This document shows positions 55,732 through 63,013 of a DNA stretch of 64,000 nt, piece after piece. Made by a program: the position numbers and the translations under genes. Position 1 is the stretch's first letter. Every line of letters begins with the position of its first letter. The stretch is from a virus: IMG/VR virus record IMGVR_UViG_3300011271_000002, positions 32,001 through 96,000 of that record, one strand, 5' to 3'. The notes beneath the pieces were generated by a model. It saw only the letters and a list, made by a program, of their open reading frames with translations, ran no database searches and was not told the origin of the DNA.

Positions 55732-56235
55732 TTAATGGAATTTTTTGTTACTCACTAGAGAGGCCATCAGCCCGATCCTGAGACCAGCCTCAAAGGACGC
55801 GGCGGCCTGCTGATGGATGAACATTCCGGCCGTCTTGCGCTGCTCAATAGTGAGAGTCCGAAATTGCTCTGACAACGCACTTCTCTGTTTTTCGACACAC
55901 TCGCCCCAATCATCGCCCCACAGCCGCTTCTTGGCGTAGTACAACACCCCGTAGGCTGCGAACTCACCGAATCCCTCGCAATGCAGTGCGGCCGCAATAG
56001 GCGCAAGTGATTTCGTATGGCGCTCCCGCTCGGATCTAGCGGCGGCTTCCTCGCGTTCTTTTGGATCAGTCGATTTACGGGACGGGCGCTTCTTTCCTTT
56101 CGCGCCCAACAATGCCGCATTCGGGCCGATCAATTCCTCAATCAGCGCAGAAGCTGCGGATCCCGGAACTCCAACTCCTGACCGCTGAAGCGCGTCCTTC
56201 ATCGCGTCATTGCGCCTGATTTGTGCTTTGTTCAT
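55732..56235 (-). CDS. Hypothetical protein
   Basis: ATGA-coupled to the upstream RHH gene. Confidence 0.6.
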   Translation of the reverse strand: MNKAQIRRNDAMKDALQRSGVGVPGSAASALIEELIGPNAALLGAKGKKRPSRKSTDPKEREEAAARSERERHTKSLAPIAAALHCEGFGEFAAYGVLYYAKKRLWGDDWGECVEKQRSALSEQFRTLTIEQRKTAGMFIHQQAAASFEAGLRIGLMASLVSNKKFH

Positions 56236-56375
56236 AATTTGGCTTTCAGCGCCCGCGCCATCAACACAAGAATCATCTGACTGCGATTGCGCGATTCGAG
56301 CTTAGCCGCCTGATCGAGCAGGCGAAGCAATTCGCGAGGAATACGAAGTGATACCGGCATACTGGGCGACGTCAT
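56232..56375 (-). CDS. CopG/RHH DNA-binding protein, 47 aa (not in ORF track)
   Basis: MTSPSMPVSLRIPRELLRLLDQAAKLESRNRSQMILVLMARALKAKL; promoter TTGCCT-18 nt-TACGAT-7 nt-ATG. Confidence 0.8.
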   Translation of the reverse strand: MTSPSMPVSLRIPRELLRLLDQAAKLESRNRSQMILVLMARALKAKL

Positions 56376-56453
56376 ACAGTACATCGTAAGACAACGCATG
56401 GCAAAAAGGCAAGGGGCGGTGGTGCTGAATGAACGAATGAACTATGTGTTAAC

Positions 56454-56494
56454 GTAGTTCGAAGGGGTTCGAACACCCCCCCCACTCGAACTAC
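56454..56494. repeat. Nested inverted repeat
   Basis: GTAGTTCGA...TCGAACTAC flanking GGGG-TTCGAA-CACCCC. Confidence 0.75.
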
Positions 56495-56519
56495 ATTTCA
56501 CGCAGTATCAAGGCGACTT

Positions 56520-56816
56520 TCACGGCAGGCTCTCCCAGAACGCTTCGAAGCGCTCTGCAGTCAGCCCGCCGGTCGCCGGGTAGAGTAGAACGCGGTCCTT
56601 CGAATGAAACACGCACTGACCAGCCGAATTGAAGATCTGCACCTCGCGGCCTCGCCTGATGTCGTCGCGCACGAAGGCCCGCTCAAGTCCCGAGATTATC
56701 TCGACCGCGCGGTCGGTTGGCGTGCGCCGCGTGTAGCTCGTGCCGACAGGCCTGTCCGAGTTCTCGTGAAAGGTCAAGACAGTGAGGCGGCCGGCGCGTG
56801 AGTCGCTATAGGTCAC
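56520..56816 (-). CDS. Hypothetical protein
   Basis: GTGA-coupled. Confidence 0.55.
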   Translation of the reverse strand: MTYSDSRAGRLTVLTFHENSDRPVGTSYTRRTPTDRAVEIISGLERAFVRDDIRRGREVQIFNSAGQCVFHSKDRVLLYPATGGLTAERFEAFWESLP

Positions 56817-57217
56817 TGCTTACGCCGACTTGCCCATCTAGCCGAACACATTCCTTTATGTTGAGCCGGGGCGCCACACGAACATGGAGGGCGGGGAATA
56901 TACTTTCCGAGCAATTTGTAAACATGACAAATTCTTCGACGCGATAAACCAGAGAGGCGCGCCGCTTCATAAAAGCCAACGCCGGCCCGATAGAGAGGCA
57001 GAACATCGATAGCGCATGCAAACAGATTCCGTCTGACGTACCGGGCATTCTGGATGTACGTTTTTCCACAATACGCGCATCGATATCTTTGCCTATGGCC
57101 GTATTTTCTGGTCTTGTGAAATCCAATCTTCCAGAAATGATGAGTGCAGTTGGACCCGAAGCGAGCGGACTCAAGGCGATGCAGCAATTGCTGCTTGTGC
57201 TGCTGATCTAACTCCAA
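56813..57217 (-). CDS. InsA-like Zn-ribbon/HTH protein (paralogue of 39788-40264)
   Basis: GHRQRYRCAYCGKTY, GVGFYEAARLSGLS, CSCG...H.GMC. Confidence 0.6.
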   Translation of the reverse strand: MELDQQHKQQLLHRLESARFGSNCTHHFWKIGFHKTRKYGHRQRYRCAYCGKTYIQNARYVRRNLFACAIDVLPLYRAGVGFYEAARLSGLSRRRICHVYKLLGKYIPRPPCSCGAPAQHKGMCSARWASRRKQ

Positions 57218-57390
57218 TTAAATTTCCAATCCGTCTGGTGATCCCGATACGGCGCCTCCTTATCGCAGTTGGTCTGTCTCGGCCTGGTGGTCACCGGACT
57301 ATTTTAGACGCTTGATCCAGCAAGTAGTCCAGCCCGACAATGGTGCGCGGAATTCTACGGCCTCGGAAAAGTTTACGGGCTCGTAAAAAT

Positions 57391-57621
57391 TTAACCGTCA
57401 TTGTCGGTGGCGACTCCCAGCGACTTCAGCACGGCCCTGCAGGCGTCCTGAAACTGGCTCGTCGCTGCCTGATCGGGCAGGTACATCAGTCCATCAACAG
57501 GAGCGACTGGCAGCCCTTCCGCCTTCGCTTGGTCCACGAGCTTGGAGAAAGCGCATTCGGTTGCGAAATTGACCTTGCTCGCATCGCTCTTTTTTGGTTT
57601 TGCCACATTGATTGTTCCCAT
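57391..57621 (-). CDS. Hypothetical protein
   Basis: GGAG SD. Confidence 0.55.
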   Translation of the reverse strand: MGTINVAKPKKSDASKVNFATECAFSKLVDQAKAEGLPVAPVDGLMYLPDQAATSQFQDACRAVLKSLGVATDNDG

Positions 57622-57647
57622 GTATAATCTCCGTTAGGTCAAATTTT

Positions 57648-57869
57648 TCACTGAGCGTCTATAAAATCCAACTTTCCTAGAGCATTGCGACGCAGCGATC
57701 CGAGCATCTCATTTTGATGTTTCCAGATAGGATCCGGTATTCGCCTGGGCCATACGTTAGCGAAATTAAGACCAAGCTCATCGGCTACTTTCCGTCCCTG
57801 TTCGATGCTGCGAATTGTCTTCTGCCCCGGCTCTCCATTTCCGCAACGTCCACTCCATTCCATCCACAT
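57648..57869 (-). CDS. Hypothetical protein
   Basis: ORF in the operon. Confidence 0.45.
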   Translation of the reverse strand: MWMEWSGRCGNGEPGQKTIRSIEQGRKVADELGLNFANVWPRRIPDPIWKHQNEMLGSLRRNALGKLDFIDAQ

Positions 57870-57875
57870 ATAAAG

Positions 57876-58163
57876 TCAATCCCAGTCCGGAATCTCCACC
57901 GTCTGCCCGGCGAGTTTATGCCAGCAGTCCGATAGAAATTGGATCCGCCCGTCAGTCACGAACGAGTGGCAGCGCCGCGCCGGATCATCGCCGTCGCATA
58001 GCAGTGACGGGTTGAATGTCGGCTTGTCGAAGGAGCCGTTCCAGGTCCATCGCGGTACATGAAAGCCGTGGCCGCGCTCGCAGCCTGGGCAATGAAAGAC
58101 ATACAGCGTCTGCACGCCTTGATTACCGGTGTCGCCAGTGCCCGCCTCGTGAATCTTCGCCAT
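57876..58163 (-). CDS. DUF6527-like Zn-binding protein
   Basis: FHCPGC..GH..WTWNG...PTF.PS...RCHSFVTDGRIQFL.DC.H.LAGQTV. Confidence 0.8.
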   Translation of the reverse strand: MAKIHEAGTGDTGNQGVQTLYVFHCPGCERGHGFHVPRWTWNGSFDKPTFNPSLLCDGDDPARRCHSFVTDGRIQFLSDCWHKLAGQTVEIPDWD

Positions 58164-58164
58164 A

Positions 58165-58386
58165 TCACTCCACCCGCACGAGATCCCGCAACGCCTCTAC
58201 CAACGAATCGCGCAGTGCCGCGTGGTCCGCTGGCGAAAGCCGGTCATCGGCTGAAAGGGCAATCGGCTCGAAGCGGCCCTCAAGATTTACGCGGCCCGTG
58301 ATATTTGCTTCGTGAATGCGCGAAGGAAGGATACGACGGCCGGAATTGTCGCAATGCGGTTCGTCGATTGTCGAATCGTGGCTCAT
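58165..58386 (-). CDS. Hypothetical protein
   Basis: ATGA-coupled start MSHD. Confidence 0.5.
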   Translation of the reverse strand: MSHDSTIDEPHCDNSGRRILPSRIHEANITGRVNLEGRFEPIALSADDRLSPADHAALRDSLVEALRDLVRVE

Positions 58387-58778
58387 TTGCTTTTTAGGCC
58401 AAACAAAAAACGCACTCCGATGATAACGCAGATCGCGCACACGAGGCGTCCGGATATCAGCCAGGCTTCGTATTCGGTGGTGGGCACGATAGTTTTTTGC
58501 AGATCGGCAAGCGAGCCAATAGCAACACTGACTTGATTGTAGGTGAGCTGTTGACGTATCAGCTCTATTTTCGATTTGATCAGATTGCCAGAAGGACGAT
58601 ACTGCATCGCGATGATCGCGGTGATTCGCTCGATCATCATTCCAGAAAGCACCCAACAGAAACCGGCGGCAAGATCGCCGCGATCTTTAACCCGGAAGAT
58701 CCTCCAGACGCCGGCGGCGCAGAACACAATCTCGCTGGCCAATATTAGCAAAAGCAAAACTACAATCGGCCCTCTCAT
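58383..58778 (-). CDS. Three-TM membrane protein (possible lysis accessory)
   Basis: Hydrophobic segments; ATGA-coupled start MRGP. Confidence 0.6.
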   Translation of the reverse strand: MRGPIVVLLLLILASEIVFCAAGVWRIFRVKDRGDLAAGFCWVLSGMMIERITAIIAMQYRPSGNLIKSKIELIRQQLTYNQVSVAIGSLADLQKTIVPTTEYEAWLISGRLVCAICVIIGVRFLFGLKSK

Positions 58779-59236
58779 ATGTGCCCGCCATTGGTCGCAA
58801 TTCGCAAGAGAAGGCCAAGGATAGACACGGCGGCCGCCCACAACAAATAAGTCTTCAATTCAATTCCAGCGATAGTCACTTTCTGCTGCGTCTCCTCTTT
58901 TGCCGTGATTCTCTGCGTCTCCGCGTCAACCATCAATTGCGCGATCTGGCGATCCTTGGCATCCAGCTTCGTCTCGAACCCTTGGGCCGCGATCTTCCCT
59001 GTTATTTCGGCGTTCTGGCGGGAAACTGCCGCCTCGACATTCATTACCTTCTCCTTGATGTCGGAAGAAACCTTAGCCTGCTCTTCGAATTTTAAGCGGA
59101 TAGCCTTCGCATCTTCTTCCCGCTTTTTCGCATCCTCCTCTTGCCTTTGCGCGATGGTATCCAGCCGTTTGTCTAAGCCGGCCAGCGTGCCGTGCAGTTG
59201 GTCGAGGGACGATTTATCGAGATCACGGCCTGCCAG
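58775..59236 (-). CDS. Coiled-coil protein with C-terminal TM anchor; probable CTG start
   Basis: The frame is open 64 codons upstream of the ORF-track start, up to GAGGAG-5 nt-CTG: MAGRDLDKSSLDQLHGTLAGLDKRLD... Confidence 0.65.
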   Translation of the reverse strand: MAGRDLDKSSLDQLHGTLAGLDKRLDTIAQRQEEDAKKREEDAKAIRLKFEEQAKVSSDIKEKVMNVEAAVSRQNAEITGKIAAQGFETKLDAKDRQIAQLMVDAETQRITAKEETQQKVTIAGIELKTYLLWAAAVSILGLLLRIATNGGHI

Positions 59237-59329
59237 ATAGACTCCTCGTCCAACGTCGAACGGCTTGGACTACTTCCTATTTTCGCATGGGCTTCCAGCC
59301 AGCCCGCGCCAGTTCAAGTAGCCCCTGGT

Positions 59330-60034
59330 TCAAGTAGCCGCTGTCTTCGCCGCTATCGCCTCATCGAGCTTCGCTGCAGTGATGGGCTCCTTTGAAGGCA
59401 ACGATGGTGGTCTGTGTCCACGGCGAGGGCTGGAAGTCAGCGCAAGTTCGATAGTCCACCCACGGGAAAGTCTCCTCCTCACAGTAGATTGATTGAGCGA
59501 CGTCTTCTCAATCATGCTAACAAAAACATCGGTCTCGCCGCGAAAGCTAACGTACACATTTGTACAAGCGTTGCGCATTTGCTGGGACTGGGTCGCCCAA
59601 CGGACGTTTCCGGGCTCGTAGTTCCCATCGTTGTTCGGGAATCGGTCAAGCGAATGCTGTTTGCTCGGTCGTTTGCCAACATCGGCCAGAAAGTTCGGGA
59701 AAGAATGTAGCCATCTTTCGCATACGTTAATTCCGCGCCCACCGTAGCGGTCATAGTGTTTATTTTTCGGGTTCAGGCATCTCTGCTTGATTCCCTTCCA
59801 GATCGTGTATTCTGTGGTTTCGATGCCGCCGTGCTTAGTTTTGTGCACACACCCGCACGAAACCGAAGATCCGTTTTCGATGTTGCCCGCTTGAACATCG
59901 CGAATCAAACCACAGATGCAGCGACATTTCCAATATAGCGGCGATCCGGGCGGTCTCGGTCTATCCGCCGGCCCCTCAATGAACCAATGGTTAACCCATT
60001 GTCCCGTTCTGTTTGGTAATCTGTGGTAGGCCAT
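59330..60034 (-). CDS. Free-standing HNH-like homing endonuclease
   Basis: WKCRCICG, SCGC, EY.IW..IKQRC.NP...YGGRGI.VC.RW, HSLDR.NN.G.YEPGNVRWAT; AGGAGG SD. Confidence 0.88.
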   Translation of the reverse strand: MAYHRLPNRTGQWVNHWFIEGPADRPRPPGSPLYWKCRCICGLIRDVQAGNIENGSSVSCGCVHKTKHGGIETTEYTIWKGIKQRCLNPKNKHYDRYGGRGINVCERWLHSFPNFLADVGKRPSKQHSLDRFPNNDGNYEPGNVRWATQSQQMRNACTNVYVSFRGETDVFVSMIEKTSLNQSTVRRRLSRGWTIELALTSSPRRGHRPPSLPSKEPITAAKLDEAIAAKTAAT

Positions 60035-60107
60035 TTGATGAACCCTCCTACGGTTCTTCATGGTTGGTCTCGCGTTCTGTGTGAAGCAGTTCGCGAGACC
60101 GCTTCGT

Positions 60108-60410
60108 TTAGCTTATCAATTTTGAAGCGTTTTTGTCCGGAAAGATGGCGTTCGGGGCGGGAGCCTGATTCGCCTCGGCCAGCGCTTGCGGCGTTGACGG
60201 CACGCCGACATTTCCACCAGTCACGTTATGATCCTTCGCGAAAAACCCCAAAAGCGCAACCAGGATTGCCATCTGCACCTTGCCGTCATGCAGGATCGTG
60301 CCGACGTTGCCATCACCGCTAGCCTGAACGATGCCGAGTATTAGCGAGATCGCACCGAACGCAGTGGTCTTCCAATTCTTGATGATGGGGACAGGAATGT
60401 TGATCGTCAT
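60108..60410 (-). CDS. Putative holin (two TM)
   Basis: KNWKTT..G...I....; LLGFFAKD; AGGAG SD. Confidence 0.6.
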   Translation of the reverse strand: MTINIPVPIIKNWKTTAFGAISLILGIVQASGDGNVGTILHDGKVQMAILVALLGFFAKDHNVTGGNVGVPSTPQALAEANQAPAPNAIFPDKNASKLIS

Positions 60411-60527
60411 TCGACTATTGCTCCTTTTGGATCGGCTTGGACTCAGTCTACCGCGAATTGTTTGTGCTATGCTGCCTTCAACTGGCCGCGAGGCCAAATT
60501 CAAACGTTAGGGAGAACCAATCACTCA

Positions 60528-60584
60528 ATGAAGAACGCAACGAAGAAAAGTTCGAAGGCGGCGCCCGCAAGAAAGAAGAAGTAA
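60528..60584 (+). CDS. 18-aa basic micropeptide
   Basis: MKNATKKSSKAAPARKKK; upstream AGGGAG and TG-N-TATGCT. Confidence 0.4.
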   Translation: MKNATKKSSKAAPARKKK

Positions 60585-61048
60585 CGAGGCGCCCTGAGGG
60601 CTTGCAGTTGAATTAGGGTTCATGCAATCGGGCTGGAGAGATCTGGCCCATTTTTATGCCACTATACATGCGCGGCGTGCCGCCTGAGGCACTCTGGATC
60701 AACATGGGCAAACCGAGCAAGCCCGCGGGCACAGTGATCTTTCCAGGACCTCTGCCTAAAGGCACATGCAGGCACATGCAAGATTGCGCCGAGAGGCATT
60801 CTGTTCCGGAATTACAGGCCCGATTACGACGGGCCACTGGTCGATTGCTGGTTACGACACTGCGGCATATTCCAATCTGGCAGAAACGCTCGTGCTTCTT
60901 AGCTAAAAACAGCAACGGCCCCGATCGCTCGGAGCCGCGCTGCATCAGATTGAAAATCACTGTTAGCTCAGGCTTGTTTTCCGCGATAGAACTCCTTTCG
61001 TTCAAGGATGGTAACACTGCGTGGTAGGCTTACAGGAAAGGAGTCGCC

Positions 61049-62578
61049 ATGAAACTATTTACCGCCCCGTCTACGTGCGGGCCCAAGCGGAGTGCTCAGG
61101 CTTTTTTCGATAGTCCAACCCAAACGCAATCTACGATGCAACGCCCCGAGATTAATTCCGGAATGCCTCCCCCACTCGGGAAGGGTCTTGCTAATCCCGT
61201 CGATAGTAAAAACGTGCGCCAGCATACGCCTTGGGGCCGTCAGCGCCTTTTCCTGCGTCCATCCATGTCTCAGCCGCCTGATCAAAAACTTTCGATTGAC
61301 TCCAGTGGTTTTTGCCCACTCACTCGTACGCCTAGTCTCTCCGTTAAGCGTCACGAGAAGATCTGGAATCGCTCTGACGGGCTTCGGAGAAGTAGTGAGT
61401 GTCCGCTCTTCACTCCAGCCGCGAACAAGACGCCGCCGCAATGTAGCATCCTTTATTCCCGTCACTTCACACCATTCGGTCAGCGTTCTAGTAACTTCGC
61501 CAAGAGTCAAGAAAACAGTGGTGCGTTTGTTTCTTCCTTGCTCAAGCTTCGTTCCCCATTTGCAATTGTCGGGACTGTATGGGCCATTGTTGTTGACTCT
61601 CTCAATGCTGTGCTCAGGCGTTGGACGGGGACCCATATCGGCGAAAAAAGCGGCGAAATCGTGCCATCGTTCGCAGAGCGTGATGCCTCTCGCTCCATAG
61701 TTCTTAAAAGCTTTATTGCTCGGAGTTTCGCATCGGGATTTCATTTGATGCCACGCGCCATACTCTGGCCTATCGTGAAGTCCGTGGCGATGGTACGATA
61801 TCTTGGGCATCGGGGAAATTCATCCTTTTCTCGGTGCAATAGGGCCGCGCTGCTTACAACAGTAGCGACTCTGTGCATTTTAACAGGATTGTGCCCTACG
61901 ACAACGGCCCAAACGGTCACGGTACCAGTAAGAATTGTCTCAACCTTCGAATCGATCGGCACGCTTCGCGCTGTGACTAACGCGAAGAATATCGGCAAGC
62001 ACAATCTCAGCTTTTGTAACGATGGGCAATTTCCGGTCGATCTGCCGCCCGAGCGGATTCTCCAGGCCTTGCCGGATCTACCAATGCTCGACGTTGCGGA
62101 AGCGATTACCCTTATGCGCCTGGCCTACAGTCGCAATTGGAAATTCAGCATCGCCCGATATGCGGAATACGCTCTGATCATCGTGGGAGCCGTGGCTTCA
62201 GGTGGCGCGACCGCAGTTTTCGTAATCTCAGCCAAGGGGCTTTCTAAGATAATTGCCGCGATAGGAATCATGCACGTGGTCGGCGACAAGTTGAAAGGGG
62301 AAGTGCCTCCACTTGAGGACTTCGTTAAAAACGCGCTAATCGATACGATCCACCTTGGCCCGGCCGGCAGCATCAATCAATGCGCGCGTCGCGTCGCATT
62401 CACTGGAATTATACATGGGGTCCACGGCTACAATGTCGTGGTGCAGGTTCCAGTGGCGCCGGCGGCCGCGATTCGAGTTGCCGAAGTTGCACCAGCACCG
62501 GCACAGAAGCCGATCCAAGCCGAAGAGGTTCGCCAGCTCGTGGCTTCCGCGATGAGCCTGGCGCTGTTCAATAATTAA
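61049..62578 (+). CDS. Exported/membrane protein whose 5' region carries an in-register antisense HNH insertion
   Basis: Strong SD (AAGGAG) at MKLFT; frame stays open across the HNH gene; native-looking part starts about LCILTGLCPTTTAQ (61871). Confidence 0.6.
   Translation: MKLFTAPSTCGPKRSAQAFFDSPTQTQSTMQRPEINSGMPPPLGKGLANPVDSKNVRQHTPWGRQRLFLRPSMSQPPDQKLSIDSSGFCPLTRTPSLSVKRHEKIWNRSDGLRRSSECPLFTPAANKTPPQCSILYSRHFTPFGQRSSNFAKSQENSGAFVSSLLKLRSPFAIVGTVWAIVVDSLNAVLRRWTGTHIGEKSGEIVPSFAERDASRSIVLKSFIARSFASGFHLMPRAILWPIVKSVAMVRYLGHRGNSSFSRCNRAALLTTVATLCILTGLCPTTTAQTVTVPVRIVSTFESIGTLRAVTNAKNIGKHNLSFCNDGQFPVDLPPERILQALPDLPMLDVAEAITLMRLAYSRNWKFSIARYAEYALIIVGAVASGGATAVFVISAKGLSKIIAAIGIMHVVGDKLKGEVPPLEDFVKNALIDTIHLGPAGSINQCARRVAFTGIIHGVHGYNVVVQVPVAPAAAIRVAEVAPAPAQKPIQAEEVRQLVASAMSLALFNN
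61055..61810 (-). CDS. Free-standing HNH-like homing endonuclease with three C-terminal repeats
   Basis: EYGAWHQMKSRC, YGARGITLCERW, HSIERVNNNG.YSP.NC.W; 3x T..G.T.TL.EW....GI....L.RRL..GW..E..LT. Confidence 0.88.
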   Translation of the reverse strand: MPKISYHRHGLHDRPEYGAWHQMKSRCETPSNKAFKNYGARGITLCERWHDFAAFFADMGPRPTPEHSIERVNNNGPYSPDNCKWGTKLEQGRNKRTTVFLTLGEVTRTLTEWCEVTGIKDATLRRRLVRGWSEERTLTTSPKPVRAIPDLLVTLNGETRRTSEWAKTTGVNRKFLIRRLRHGWTQEKALTAPRRMLAHVFTIDGISKTLPEWGRHSGINLGALHRRLRLGWTIEKSLSTPLGPARRRGGK

Positions 62579-62579
62579 A

Positions 62580-62689
62580 AACCTGGGGCTCCGATTCTAA
62601 CGGAACGCTGGACCGCTTCGCGTGTATACCCGCTAATCGTCACTGACGTCGGTTCGTAGCCGACCGCTCTCGCACTGAGCTACCCAGGC
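62580..62689 (-). tRNA. Atypical tRNA-Arg(ACG)-like RNA with ~40-nt extra arm (possibly pseudo-tRNA)
   Basis: Acceptor GCCTGGG/CCCAGGT; TA; D arm GCTC-AGTGCGA-GAGC; anticodon arm GTCGG-CT-ACG-AA-CCGAC; T arm TTCCG-TTAGAAT-CGGAG; TAGAAT -10 box 6 nt upstream. Confidence 0.65.
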
Positions 62690-62698
62690 AGTATTATT

Positions 62699-63013
62699 CT
62701 ACACCGTCGGGGCTGGCGCGGCCGGCGTGTTTGCGGCAACGGCGGCGGAAAGCTCGTTGTCGTTGGCGACTAAGCTAGCCCGAAGTTGTGCGAGTTTAAC
62801 TGGATCTGTACCCGCAGCGGCTAGTTTAGCTGCTAACCCCTGAATCAGTGCCAATGCGGATTTTTCGACGCTAGTATTGCGTGTAACTTCCGCTGTTAGA
62901 TCATCAAGTTCCTGTGACATTAGTTTCTCCTGTGCCTTAAAAGTTTCTATCAGTGTGGCCAACGATGTTTCTATTGCGTCCAGTCTCGAAAGCACCTGTC
63001 GCCGCCACCACAC
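62699..63013 (-). CDS. Coiled-coil phage protein (often near lysis genes)
   Basis: LDDLTAEV..NT.V..SA..LI.GL...L...DP..L..L...L......L.AAV.ANTP; TG-N-TAACCT 7 nt upstream. Confidence 0.7.
   Translation of the reverse strand: MWWRRQVLSRLDAIETSLATLIETFKAQEKLMSQELDDLTAEVTRNTSVEKSALALIQGLAAKLAAAGTDPVKLAQLRASLVANDNELSAAVAANTPAAPAPTV

Noticed and set aside
8119-55758. Most + strand ORFs overlapping - strand genes (e.g. 8638-9297, 19494-20216, 21695-22393, 37145-37843, 53367-54068)
   Set aside because: Shadow frames expected in GC-rich coding DNA, with no independent signals.
60613-61027. Overlapping ORFs 60613-61017 (-) and 60656-61027 (+)
   Set aside because: Neither has motifs or a clear SD; I cannot decide whether either is real.
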